Positions 38,481-51,769 are shown, counted from the first letter of the whole stretch. The stretch is 63,663 bases of DNA, filler included, from Basidiobolus ranarum (GCA_040143965.1; 47 parts of 47 records of this genome joined end to end with filler, not necessarily neighbours in it); one strand, 5' to 3'. Notes: generated from the sequence alone by a model not told the origin. A program made the numbers and translations.

Positions 38481-39416
38481 ATATCCTATTGTTTGATGGC
38501 AGAGGGGAATGTCCATTTACTGATGGTAAATGAGATGAAAAAATAAAGTTTTACTAGTTATTTTGGGCAATTTTGACAATACAACTGTTGTGTGATAGGT
38601 TTGTATAATTATAATAACTGCTAAAAAAATGAATGTAAATTATTACTAATTGACTAATAAATAAGCAGCACTTCATATGTTACATAAAGTCCAAGCTGTT
38701 CCATGTATAGACATAACTATATACATAAGAATGACAGAAAGCCTCAATCTAGTTATAGGTATATTGATAAAGTTTGTATTGTCTTTTCAGAAAAAAAGCC
38801 ATCTTGCTTTCATTTATGTTGACAACTTCTATTTGGCAAAGTCAATAATGAATACCAATTCAAATGATACCATTCCACCTTGGATTGCTTTAACACTGTC
38901 ACTAGTATCTGCCAATCTGCATTAACCACAAGTTGTGGTACCAATATATTTTTGAGCTTATTCTGTGGGACTAATATTATTTGTGTAGATTACAAGTGAC
39001 CTTGGAACTACTTGGAAAGAAATGGGGCAACAAATTCAATATTGCCACCTGCTCTTTTGCAAAATAGGGATGTTTTGCCAAGCTTAAGCCAACCAAGATC
39101 ATATATAAACTGGAGAGGCAACCAATTCAACTTTGCTTCAAAATATGGTAGGTACATTCATTGGGAAAGAGTCTGCTTGAATATTGTTACTTAACAAGCA
39201 AGCTCAACCAGTACCACTTGGGGCTATAGGAGAACTATCCATTGGGGGGGGGGTTTTATTATGCGATAATGATATTTTGAATTAGCAGTGCGTTGAGTAT
39301 GTTAATTGTTCAAGATNNNNNNNNNNNNNNNNNNNNNNNNNNNNNNNNNNNNNNNNNNNNTTAATTAATTAANNNNNNNNNNNNNNNNNNNNNNNNNNNN
39401 NNNNNNNNNNNNNNNN

Positions 39417-40325
39417 CTTTTATGGAGCTATTTCTTGGAATTCCAAGAAACAACCTACCATAGCACTTTCAACAACAGAAGTATAATACATGGCTGTTGG
39501 TGAGGCAATAAAAGAAGCAATATGGTTAGGAACACTCTTAACAGATTTAGGTTTTTCTCAATTTGTACCAACTACAATACTTCAAGATAATCAAATTTGT
39601 ATTCAATACCTAGAAATCCCATGTTTCATAATAGAAGCAAACATATAGATATTAAGCAGAACTTCATTAGAGAGACTATAGAGAATAAGTGTATTGACTT
39701 AACATATTGTTATACAGCAGACATGATTCCTGATTTATTAACCAAATCATTGACTAGATAAAAAATTGAGAAATTTAGAACTATATCAGGATTAGTTTAT
39801 ATTACTATTTAATTGAGGGAGATATTGAAATTAGCATTGCCTAAACACCTATATAGTAGTATATAGCTTAGTACTTAGCTATCTTATAATTCACCAAGAT
39901 ATTATCCATAGTTCTCAATTGGAATTTATATAGAATGTTGACACCAACTTAGAAGCTCTCAGATATATAGATTTTTCAAAGTTGTGCTAGAAGGCCCAAG
40001 CTTTGCATACATGTTTCTGGGACCTTCCTTAACACATTCTACATGTGGGTTTGTTTACATTGTGACAAAACTATAAATGTCAACTTTCTACTCATTAATC
40101 TATGGGTGAAAACCACCAATTTCTCTAATTCTCCAAACCACTTCCAACAGGCTCCCAAATACTTTAACACCTGGGACCTTCCTTAACACAATCTACTTGC
40201 TAGTGTGTATAAATATTGACAAAACTAAAAATGTCAACTTTCAACTTAATAAATCAATAAGTTAAAACAACCAATTTCTCTTATTTTCCAAACCACTTCC
40301 AACAGGCTCCCAAAATACTTGACAG
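39417..40325 (+). mobile_element. Copia RNase H, PPT and 3' LTR-B, with a tandem duplication of the LTR 3' half
   Basis: KKQPTIALST, KHIDI, and a GAGGGAGA purine tract. CTGGGACCTTCCTTAACAC occurs at 40017 and again at 40171. Confidence 0.85.
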
Positions 40326-41430
40326 TATATAGATATCAGACAGCATCTTATTGGAGAAACTGTAGAAAATGAGTATATTGACTTAACTTACTGCTCTACA
40401 GAATTATGATTGCTAACATGTGTTGGAGGATCTTGACATAAGTGGGATAGACTTTGTGTATTAGAAGCAACTTATAATAGTGTGCTTAAGTAATTTTATT
40501 CTTAACAGTATAAGGTGACATATATAGTAGAAAAGTAAATCAATTGTTTGAGATATTCAGGAGTTTGTGTAATAAGATATAGTAGATAAGTGGGGTTGAT
40601 AAGACATACTTGTTATATAGATATAGAGACATTCCTATTTAGAATTGAGTGGCTATTGATATATTGCTTTNNNNNNNNNNNNNNNNNNNNNNNNNNNNNN
40701 NNNNNNNNNNNNNNTTAATTAATTAANNNNNNNNNNNNNNNNNNNNNNNNNNNNNNNNNNNNNNNNNNNNCAAATTGCCAGAGAGATGGGAGAGTTGTAT
40801 CGCTATCGATGGAAATTACTTTGAATAAAATATCTTTTCTCACTTTCATAAAATATACGTTTATGTGTACAACTCGAAAGGGCAGTTTCATATGCATACC
40901 TCTGGTATATTTGTAAAGAGGTTTACGCTAGTAGTAACAATTGAAGTTTTAGTATTATATAGTCTAATATCTCCAAGTTTAATCAGCTAGTTTTGCTTCT
41001 ACGATTTATGTTTGCTTTGCCTCTCACTGGTTGCTAATTCTGAGTTCATTTCAATTTTTACTCTATTGTATTGAGAGCAATTGATAGAGTGTTGCTCATG
41101 GTGTATTTTATCTGCTTGCATGTAAATAAGTGATATAACATAGCTGATTAATGTGTAACTTTATTGAAATGTAACTTGTTCAATAACTTAGGACATACTG
41201 TTCTACACAATTAGCAAGGCTTACTAAGATAAAAGTACAAAAATGTGAGGCTCAATTAATAATCATGGAGTCAAAGGAGCGAAGGTTACGACCTTAATTA
41301 GGTCAAATATGATACTGTACAAATGATTATAGCTCGCTACGTATCAATAGGAGCTTCTTTAAAGAACTCTTGGACGGATTTCCCAACTCCCAAGTTGCCA
41401 ATTGAATAAGGCTTTGCATTCTACAACTGC

Positions 41431-42024
41431 TCATCTATGTGCAGGTATGGCCATCGCCGTTTGTTTAGATCTAATTTTTGGATTTGGCATAGGGGAGTGT
41501 TCAGTTGGATCATCAAAGTCTATGTTTTCTGGTAAATTGCCCAATTTACAAAGTTGCAGGTAAGCATCAGTTCCAAATCCTTCCATAGTGCTTATCTCCA
41601 GACTTCCACCCCAGTAGTTAGCGTATACTTTTGACATTGGCAAGCCAATACCTAACTGCAACAGAGGCGGGACAATATTACTACTTTCTGTCATCTTTGC
41701 TGCCATTTTGGGAACTTTCTCAAAGTTGGCCGACTTCAGCTTATTACTCCCATAAGACCAAATATTATCCAGCACTTCTTGATCTATACCTCCTCCCTGA
41801 TCAGATACTCGAAATATGACATCCTTCTCTCCTTCACAAATGGTGACCACTATATCAGGTGCAGCCTCATTTGCACCATGTTTCTGTACAACTGCAGTAA
41901 TGGAGTTTTTCAGAAGCTCATGCAATATATATTCAACATGGTCAGGAATATATGGGAAGATAGTATCTACATGACCATCGATTCTTATTCTTGGAGCAAC
42001 GCCGTGAACACGTTGAAACTCAAT
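41431..42024 (-). CDS. Mitochondrial alpha-ketoacid dehydrogenase kinase (PDK/BCKDK family), C-terminal ATPase domain
   Basis: FPYIPDHVEYILHELLKNS (N box), RVSDQGGGI (G1), GIGLPMSKVYANYWGGSL (G2), GFGTDAYL. Confidence 0.92.
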   Translation of the reverse strand: MEFQRVHGVAPRIRIDGHVDTIFPYIPDHVEYILHELLKNSITAVVQKHGANEAAPDIVVTICEGEKDVIFRVSDQGGGIDQEVLDNIWSYGSNKLKSANFEKVPKMAAKMTESSNIVPPLLQLGIGLPMSKVYANYWGGSLEISTMEGFGTDAYLQLCKLGNLPENIDFDDPTEHSPMPNPKIRSKQTAMAIPAHR

Positions 42025-42308
42025 NNNNNNNNNNNNNNNNNNNNNNNNNNNNNNNNNNNNNNNNNNNNTTAATTAATTAANNNNNNNNNNNNNNNNNNNN
42101 NNNNNNNNNNNNNNNNNNNNNNNNGTTTGGGGCTTCTAGCACAAGTTTGAAAAATCTATATATCTGAGAACTTCTAAGTTGGTAAAAATGTTCTAAGTAA
42201 ATTCCAATTGAGAATAATTGATAATATCTTAGTGAATTATCAGTTAACTAGGTACTAAGCTATATATGACTATATAGATGTTTAGGCAATGCTAATTTCA
42301 ACATAACA

Positions 42309-43378
42309 AAGGTCAACATCTAGCAGCAAGTCCTCAAAGTTGACTGGACTTACTGGTTTGACCAAAGTTGCATTTCTACCTACATCATTCTGGTTATATA
42401 ACTGTGGTAACTCCATGGTATCTTGACTTTTGGCAGTGTTACCAAAACTTTGAGGCAAAGTATAGTCAGTGGACTCAATGGGCAAAACTGAAGTTGGTTT
42501 AGTGCACTTATTACTGTTGATATGCACCAGGCTTTGTGCAGCTGGTGGCTTTGTACAGTGACTATGCTTGTGATTATTTTTTCTATGAAGCCTCTGGCTT
42601 TCATAGCACAAGAATTTGTGACAACAATAGCAGGGCTTCTTTAAACATTTGTGTTGCAGCTTGATAAGGATATTGCAGAATAAAGAACACCTCTTACATA
42701 AGGGTGGTATTTTAGGTATACCCCATCAATATCATCAGCTGATAATGAGATGGTGTCACAGATGAGTCATCAGGGGATTTACAAGATATTTCTAGTGATG
42801 GATGGCAATTTTGGTTTATTACAAGCTGTTTCTAAGCAATTTTGTTACACCAAGTTTACCATCTGAAAATTTCAATGCCATTCAAAAAGTGTTCCAAATC
42901 TAAATCAAAATTGGCTTCTAAACAAAGCCTGTTGGCACAAAAGGAAAAAACTAGCAAGAACAGAGGACTTAAGCAATGAGCAGTCTAGCAATCCACAATC
43001 CACTTTGGAAGGCCTTAACATGCTGGAAACTAACTCCAGTAATGATGAAGCATCAATCAATCTATCAGATGTCTCCCTTTTCAGCAATAGTGCAAGTGAA
43101 GAGATTGTAATCCCCCAATTACGTAGTAAATCAATAGTTGAGGAAAGTTCAACCAAAACACTGTCAAGACCATTAACTTCCAATATGGCTACTTTGCCCA
43201 CTATTGAACAACCCTCCATAGAAAATTTGGATATAATTATTACAACAAGGGAATTGCAGGCAGAACACCACAATGATTTGTATGCAATCATAAGTAAAAA
43301 CTACAAAGTTGCTATACAGGCTATGACAAGCAATATTGCATCAATATTGCAATTAATGCAGCATTTGGAAGCAACTAG
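42309..43378. mobile_element. Central part of the CACTA-like element: transposase N-terminus (minus) and divergent ORF2 (plus, from about 42900)
   Basis: The CYESQ..HCTK peptide runs into the transposase in 54485..55472. ORF2 overlaps 44833..45890, 53270..53700 and 57010..57646. Confidence 0.7.
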
Positions 43379-43874
43379 NNNNNNNNNNNNNNNNNNNNNN
43401 NNNNNNNNNNNNNNNNNNNNNNTTAATTAATTAANNNNNNNNNNNNNNNNNNNNNNNNNNNNNNNNNNNNNNNNNNNNCACAATATCTCCAAAAAAATCA
43501 TCGTGTCCGATTGTGGTGGGATAGTGCCATATTGTTCCTTATAGTATCCGATCGAGTGTTATAGGACCCAGCCATGGTAATTGACAGATTGCGCCAGATG
43601 GTGTACTAGCAGGCTGGATTGAGCAGCACGATCTGACCTGGTCCAATGGAACAAGTCTACTTACTGTCATAAAATTGTCAAGTTAGATTTGATTTTAATC
43701 AATTTTTTCAGTTTGAGGAGTGAAAGTTAAAGATCTTGCAAAGTAGTGGCACATGATTGGCTGCAATCTCAGCAAACTATGGATCAATACATGCGCAAAA
43801 AATGTAACTCAAATTTTACACATTTACCACTGGAACGCCAATTTGTCACCTTCAAAATCCTAGGTCTCTTTGAT

Positions 43875-44732
43875 CCCTAACAAAAATAAAATCAATTTGA
43901 TCCGGATTGGATCCACCCTCCAAAAGAGCAAAACTGTCAAAAAACCATCTTAATATTGGTGGCTTGAATTCTGCTAGGGATTTTGATGGTATGATTGTGG
44001 TTTCTTAATGGTATTCATACATGTAAAAATACTGTTCCTCAAATTGGGCATGTGCTATTAAATATCCGGCAATTTTTGCAAAAACATAATTTTTGAATGG
44101 CAAATTACTGGGTTTACAGCTGTAGGAATTTCAATCACAATGAATGCCTTTATTAAGATACTTTAGGCTTTATATTCCAGCCATAAAGATATTCAAAAAA
44201 AAAAGAATCTTGTTGTGTTTAGTCTTTACTTATGGACATAATTGACTGATCAGACATAACTCAACAACATCAATATGCTTTACCAGCAAACTAATGGTGG
44301 AAGAATTGCTGACCATCTGAAATTTTGAATAGCACTAACACTTGACAAATAACTGACTCTTGTTACTATTCACAATGAGAATAAGCTCTTTGATTTTGGC
44401 AAATTTCCATCAAGAATTCAGCCAACATATCCCCAACATGCAGTCAACAAATAAGTGGATATTGATGGGAGTCCTGGTATAATATGAAGGTATCTTGATG
44501 TTCTCAAGCATTTTCCCAATTGATTCAAACTTTGAAACTATCTCAAATGGCTCATTCATATTTAATTTTCCACTACATAACTGAGTAAGTTGTTTAGGAA
44601 TGTTGTTGAATAGCAAGTACATAGTGCCTGATGGGAAGCTCCGGCTCCAGCTGATCCCCTTTGGCAATAAAATCTTAGGCTTACAGCTAATACCAAGTTT
44701 GATGTTAGACTGACTATTTGGTGAATTGATAG
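43875..44732. mobile_element. CACTA terminus A joined (by internal deletion) to transposase sequence on the minus strand
   Basis: CCCTAACAAAAAT at 43875. KGISWSRSFP..TM..LFNNI matches 26456..27114. Confidence 0.8.
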
Positions 44733-44832
44733 NNNNNNNNNNNNNNNNNNNNNNNNNNNNNNNNNNNNNNNNNNNNTTAATTAATTAANNNNNNNNNNNN
44801 NNNNNNNNNNNNNNNNNNNNNNNNNNNNNNNN

Positions 44833-45890
44833 AGCTTTTTTGTCAGCGTATCTGACTCTGGAAATGCAGATCTTTGTAATGGTGTGAAGAATTTGGCAAG
44901 TGTGACTGTAGAGCCTAAATGCACTGGCTCCTTTGATTTTCCCTTGTGTTTACTAAATTCCTGCTCCTTGAGTACTTCTTTGTGGCTTTCCTTTCTTTTC
45001 TAAGTCAAAAATTTGTACATATTTGAGAGGTTTAATGAATAGGCCTATACTAGCCCAATTGGCATTTGCTTGCAAAAACCCAAGATAAGCCACATGAAAT
45101 AAGTCAAGAACCTTCAGAGTAATGCCTGGTTTTGGGGTTTTCCATAATTGGCTCAAATCCAGGTGATTTTGGGCAAGATTCTGCACAGTTTCCAAAATGT
45201 TAAACCACTCATTATCAGAGCAAGTGATGCCAGCTCTGATATTCACTGTCTTTTGAATTGCCTGTTTTCCTATGAGATTTCTAATTTCATGTGCACCAGC
45301 AATTTCAGGTTGATGTGTAGGCTTAATGGTCCAACACATATTCTGCTCTGCTAGATTGTCACAGTGATGTTCATATGTATGGTGTGGGAGAGACTGAAAT
45401 CCCATATGAGAATGGATAGAGGGAGCAGCATATTGCTATAGCTCAACTACAGCACTCTGAAGGTCTTGTATCATTGTTGAGTGACCCTCTAACATTGACT
45501 GGTTGCTTCTGAATACTGCATTAATTGTAATATTGTGGCATTATTACTTGTCATGGCCTGTATAGTAACTTTGTAGTCATTACTTATGATGGCATACAAA
45601 TCATTATGGTGTTCTGCCTGCAATTCCCCTGATATAATAATTCTATCCAAATTTTCTATGCAGGCCTGTACAATAGTGGGCAAAGAAGCCATTTTGGAAG
45701 TTGATGGTCTTGATGGGGTTTAGGTTGAACTTTGCTCAACTATTGATTTACTATGTAACTGGGGGATTACAATATCTTCACCTGCACTATTGCTGGAAAG
45801 GAACACATCTGGTAAATTGATTAATGCTTCATCATTACATGAGTTAGTTTCCAGCATGTCAAGGCCTTCCAAAGTGGATTGTGGAATTTC
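44833..45890 (-). mobile_element. CACTA-like element ORF2 region, degenerate
   Basis: Homologous to 43005..43378, 57010..57646 and 7940..8085. Confidence 0.65.
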
Positions 45891-46186
45891 TAGTGATAAA
45901 AGTGTTTAGGGGATTTGGAAGTGTTTTGGACAAGATTTGGATTTGTGAATTAGACACTTAAGTTTTATTGAATTGAATATGTCCTATATATAGTTTACTA
46001 TAAAATAGGACTATTGGACATGCTTAGATCATAACAAACATGCCTGTAAAAGCTTGAGTGAAAATTTGAGGTGATTTGGGGAAGTTNNNNNNNNNNNNNN
46101 NNNNNNNNNNNNNNNNNNNNNNNNNNNNNNTTAATTAATTAANNNNNNNNNNNNNNNNNNNNNNNNNNNNNNNNNNNNNNNNNNNN

Positions 46187-47440
46187 CTATGGACTCAAGC
46201 AAGCACCCAGGGCATGGTACAACAAGATAGATACCTATTTGGAATCTCTGGAATTCCAAAAATGCACAGCAGATCACAGTATTTACATCAAAACAACTGG
46301 AAATAGGATCCTTATCTTGGCACTATATGTGGATGACTTAATCATAGCCACAAATGATCTAGAAGCACTTAATCAGACAAAAAGCAGCTTATCAAACCAA
46401 TTTCAGATGACTGATATGGGTGAATTAAGTTATTTTCTTGGAATCCAAATCAAGAGAGATAAACCCAATCAGAAAATCATGCTGAATCAGTCTAGATACA
46501 TCCTAGACATCCTAAAATGCTTCAACATGGAGAATAGCAAGCCTGTATCAACACCAATGGATCCCAATGTGAAATTAATTAAAATTTCATCTGATTTGGC
46601 CCAAAATGACTCAAATCAAAGCCAGGAGTTCCCTTATCAAGCCATGGCTGGTAGTTAAATGCATACAATGGTTGGAACATGTCCAGACATTGCTGTGGCA
46701 GTGGGAACTGTCAGCCAATATATCAAAATCCAGGATCTGAGCACAAAAGTGCAGTATATACGTGATTTAAGTTATTTTTTTGGGAGTGAAATTGAGATAA
46801 AACAAGTGGTTGCAAAACAGCCAATCTGAATGGAAATCTAGAATAAGAGTTCTATATGGAGTAACTATAGGGATTTGTGACCAAAAATGCCCTGATATGG
46901 TATGTAAGATGCAGAAATCACTAAATGGACTCAAGCAAGCAACCAAGGCTTGGTACCTTCAGACCGAAATCTATTTGAAATCATTGGAATTCCACAAATG
47001 CACAGCAGATTGCAGTATTTACATCAATACAACCGGAATTAGTATCCTTTTCTGGGCATTGCAAGTGGATCACTTGATCACTGCCACTAATGATGTATAA
47101 GCACTTAACCAGATGAGAAGCAACATATTTAACAATTTCAAATGAAAAATATGGGTGCATAAAGTTATTTGCTTAGAATTCAAATCAAGAGCAATATGAC
47201 CAATCATAAAATCATGCTGAAAAAGTCTAGATACATTCTAGAACTGCAAAACTCTTCAATATGGCAAACAGTAAGTCTACATCAGCACCAATGGATCCCA
47301 CAATGAAATTATTCAAAATTTCATCCAATTTGGGCCAAAATGACTCAAAGCATAGCCAGGAATTTTCTTGTCAAGTGATGTTGGGGAGCTTAATGTATAT
47401 AATGGCTGGAACTTGTCCAGACACTGCTGTGGCAGTAGGG
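46187..47440 (+). mobile_element. Copia RT region present as two tandem diverged copies
   Basis: YGLKQAPRAWY/LYVDDL at 46187..46760, repeated as NGLKQATKAWY/LQVDHL at about 46880..47440. Confidence 0.9.
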
Positions 47441-47540
47441 NNNNNNNNNNNNNNNNNNNNNNNNNNNNNNNNNNNNNNNNNNNNTTAATTAATTAANNNN
47501 NNNNNNNNNNNNNNNNNNNNNNNNNNNNNNNNNNNNNNNN

Positions 47541-48683
47541 GGCCAAGAATGTCTGATTTGAGCCATTTTTGGCCAAGTTAAGATTTTTCTCCATTGGGAT
47601 AGACACTGGATTAAATTCTTCCATTTTAAACTTCTTTAGTATATCTAGGATATACTTAGACTGGTTTAAAGTTATTGTTTTGGTAGTTCTATCTAGCTTA
47701 ATTTGGATTCCAAGATAGTACATCAGTTCACCAAGATCAGTCATTTTGAATTTGGTAGATAAGCTGGATTTGGTTTTCTCCAAAATCTTCAAGTCATTGG
47801 TTACTATAATAAGGTCATCTACATATAAGGCAAATAACACTGGGCTTGTCTTATCTGGCCTGAAGTAGATATAATAGTCAGCATTACTCTTTTGGAATTT
47901 GAGTGTTTCTAAAAAAGCATCTATCTTGCTATTCCAAGCTCTTGGAGATTGTTTTAAGCCATAGGGTGTTTTCCAGAGTCTGCAAACTTTTTTAGGGTTT
48001 TCTGGGTTCACAAATCCATCTGGCTGGTCCATATAGATCTCTTCAACAAGATCACCATTCAAAAGGCAGCTTTAACATCCATTTGATGTATAATAAATTG
48101 ATATTTAGCTGCAATTGCTAAAATCAATCTAACTGAATTAAACTTTGCTACAGGAGCAAAAGTTTCGGTATAATCTATTCCTGGTGTTTGAGAATAGCCT
48201 TTGGCTACTAGTCTAGCTTTGTACCTTTCTATATTGGCATCAGAGCTGTATTTAACTTTAAACACCTGTTGGCAGCCAATTGATTTTTTATCACCAGGTA
48301 AGTTGGTTAAAATCCAAGTTTGATTATCAATCAAAGCCTGGTACTCATCAGCCATTGCAGATCTCCAAAATTTTGTTTGAGGGCCATTCAGGACCTCTTT
48401 TACAGTCTGGGATTCATGTATTTGAGTTATGCAGGCATAGGCCCAATTTTGGGACTCATTGATATAGTAATCAGGGCTATTTCTGATCCAATTTGATCTT
48501 CTGGTTTGGGATAAATGTACTACAACTTCTGGCATTGTATTGGGCACTTCAGTAGGCAAAACTTTGGTTGAAGGGTCCACAGGAATGCTATTTGGATCAT
48601 TGTTTTGGTTTGAATCAATTTAAATGATTAGATCAGGAGAAAATTGATTTTCCTCATCATCTGAGGTCATTTTAGGTGAATAT
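47541..48683 (-). mobile_element. Copia RT N-terminal half
   Basis: RYKARLVAKGYSQ..GIDY.ETFAPV, QMDVKAAF, LYVDDL. Confidence 0.95.
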
Positions 48684-48893
48684 TGTTGAAGTTTATTGTC
48701 TTTATCATATATGTTATCCCTATCTTTATACACCTAACTATTTCATATATCACATATTAGTTAGTCAACATTATTAAGTCAAATATCACTTAGNNNNNNN
48801 NNNNNNNNNNNNNNNNNNNNNNNNNNNNNNNNNNNNNTTAATTAATTAANNNNNNNNNNNNNNNNNNNNNNNNNNNNNNNNNNNNNNNNNNNN

Positions 48894-50146
48894 CTGGTTC
48901 AGAAAATGCTATATGTGCAGATATATTCCACCCTTTTTCTGAATTGAAACTGTTGATTATATGCTCTGATTTGAGACATCCAAAGTGCTTGGTAGAATGG
49001 TCTGATGTTTCACTTACAGGATGTTTCTGATTTCCACTCCATAATATGTCTGAGACCTGATTGCCTGAATTTTGTGATTGATGGATTACTTTTTGTGATT
49101 GATTGCATACTTCCAATAATTGATTGCATCCAATATCAGCCAAATTGGGAGTAGGATATTTCTTAGGTATGTGATTGGTCAGAAAATATTGCCTTGTTTC
49201 TGAGCCCAATTTCCTGATTCCTGATTGGCTGGAAAAATATCCTTTTTCTGCTTACCATATTTTTCATTGGCAGAGATAATATGCTGATTTCCAGTAGCTA
49301 GTTCCAAATTATCAGTATCCTCAGAGTAATTATCAGGTTGTCTGCTATAAATTGGTGCACTTCCAGTGCTGCCTAATGTTTCACTACTTGTATAGCTGAT
49401 TGATTCCAGAATATCATATAATGGTTTGTTCTCCTTGGTTGCAGCACTTGTAGTAAAGTTTGAGACTGGATTAATGCTTGTTGGTTTTCTGCTAGGAATA
49501 TTCATCACAGGGATTGGTAATGATTTGAGCTTTGTCATATATTCACTGGTGGCTGATGTTTTAGACCTTGTCCCAGATGTGATATTTTCTAAATTTGGAT
49601 AATGTTGATAGATAGTTTCAGATTCCAAATTGGCCTAATTCCAGTATCTATTTCCAATGTATCATTTTCCAAGTTGGTTTCAGTACTTGTTAGCTGAAGA
49701 TTGGTTTCAGAATTTGTTAAATCAGAATTTGAGTTATTGACAAATTGAATTTCAGCCAAAATCAAATTCCCTTGATTAGAAGATTTGAGATTTTCTTCAA
49801 TGAGTATAGTATCTCTGGAGTTGATGATTTGTTTTGTGCCAGCAATTAGGAGACAATAGCCTTTGTTCTGATATCCCAATAGGATACATTTAATTGCGTT
49901 TTTGTCCAATTTCCTATGCTGAGGTTTAGGAATATGAGCATATACTATTGATCCAAAAATTCTGAGGTGATTCAGATTAGGCTTGTTTCCAGTCCAGATT
50001 TCAATAGGAGTTTTAGAGTCATGGTTGCTATGTGTTGGACTTCTATTTTGGAGATATGTAGCTGTTAAAATAGCTTCACCCCAATAGGTCTTAGGCAGAT
50101 CTGAATCAATCAGCATTGTATGTGCTTTCTCTACTAAAGTCCTATT
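48894..50146 (-). mobile_element. Copia integrase C-terminus with a long low-complexity spacer (a distinct family)
   Basis: LPKTYWGEA...NRSPT...LRIFGS...KCILLGY, ending AFSEP. Confidence 0.88.
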
Positions 50147-50251
50147 NNNNNNNNNNNNNNNNNNNNNNNNNNNNNNNNNNNNNNNNNNNNTTAATTAATT
50201 AANNNNNNNNNNNNNNNNNNNNNNNNNNNNNNNNNNNNNNNNNNNNGGGAA

Positions 50252-50533
50252 TGTTGAAAGTCTGGTGACTTGTGGTACAAGCAGTAATTCCCAAAGAGGA
50301 AAATATGGAGTATGGTGACTGCATCTGAACACAAAGTCTAAGGCCAATCAGTTGCTTATATAGCTGAAATGTCAAAGTACCATACATTGACAGACTAGGT
50401 TAAGGTTCCCTAGCAATATAGGCATAGCATACAAGGACTGGTAGCTCAGTGGTTAGAGCACCTTGCTAGAGGGAAGGAGGTCCCAGGTTCAAATCCTGGC
50501 CAGACCAATATTTCTCCCTAAATAATTTCAATA
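50252..50533 (+). mobile_element. Complete 282-bp LTR (TGTTGAAA...TTTCAATA) containing a tRNA-like unit
   Basis: Imperfect inverted ends, preceded by purines (GGGAA). The 3' portion is shared with 19077..19184 and 62170..62313. Confidence 0.75.
50435..50507 (+). tRNA. tRNA-like sequence in LTR (positions 34-36 read AGA; short variable loop; probably not a functional tRNA)
   Basis: GGACTGGTAGCTCAGTGGTTAGAGCACCTTGCTAGAGGGAAGGAGGTCCCAGGTTCAAATCCTGGCCAGACCA folds as a cloverleaf with A3-A70 and G31-G39 mismatches. Confidence 0.82.
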
Positions 50534-51769
50534 ATATGACCCTAACCCAGCAAAGAGAGGTCTTAGGCAACTGTTGCTTTAATTTGCAGAATTTACTCAA
50601 GATTGTATTTATTTTGTTGGAGGATCTTCACATAATGGAGTTAGACATTTTATATTAGAGAGAACTTTTGGTAGTGTTTTTATTTACTTTACTCTTATGA
50701 AAATTAGGTGATGTATATAACAGAGAAGTATATCAATTGTTTAGATGTTGAGGTGTTTTGTAATAAGATATAATAGATAAGTGGGGGTAATGAGACATAC
50801 TTGTTATATAGATATATAGATATTCCTAATCAAAATATAGGAGCTGTAAATATGTTGCTTTCTATTTCTAGTATATGTATCATAACAAAAGTTAACTAAG
50901 ATGTTAACTAAAGGTTAATTATGCAAAATATTTTTGTAAAGTGCTTTTATCTACTAATTAGTAAGATTATCTTTATCACACATCTAACAATTGAGTTCAT
51001 TTATAAACATGTAGAGCATGTTCATTATGTAAACATTTTGGGACTTTGTTTGAAGTGCTTTCTAATTCAAAGAATTGAGGGTTTTCACTTTGTTATTAAT
51101 TCAGAAAAGAGTTGACACTTATAGTTTTGTCAAGAAAAACAAACTAATGTAAAAAATGTGCTAAAGGGAACTGGGGAAACAGTTGGTCTTCACTTACTGA
51201 CTTAGTCAGCACAGAGTTGACATACATTTGGGAGTCATCATGTTGAAGATATTGGCACATAACTCCCACAGAATATGCAATATCTGGCCATTTTCCAACT
51301 GGAGCATACATCAAACTACCAATCTTCAATTGACAAGAAAACTTCTGGCTTTTATTGGAATCCAAGAATATTCTTAAAGTGGTTGGAGGCCTGTTGGAAG
51401 TGGTTTGGAGAATTAGAGGAATTGGTGGTTTTCACTTGTTGATTTATTGAGTAGAAAGTTGACATTTATAGTTTTGTCAAGATGTAAACAAACTAACGTN
51501 NNNNNNNNNNNNNNNNNNNNNNNNNNNNNNNNNNNNNNNNNNNTTAATTAATTAANNNNNNNNNNNNNNNNNNNNNNNNNNNNNNNNNNNNNNNNNNNNT
51601 GATAGTGCCAGATTGTGCTGCATATATCATATTGGATAAAGTATTCTAAAATTTATGTGGCACAATTTGGTACTATCCAACACCCTCTGGCATGATCAAA
51701 TTCAATCACATTTACTCTAATATATAGATCCAAGGTCTGATAAATCCTGGCTCAATAGAAGAAGTCCGA

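Noticed and set aside
50435-50507. Functional tRNA-Ser(AGA), or an amber suppressor (CTA lies in the loop)
   Set aside because: No long variable arm and shared stem mismatches. CTA occupies positions 32-34, not 34-36. All copies lie in LTR sequence.
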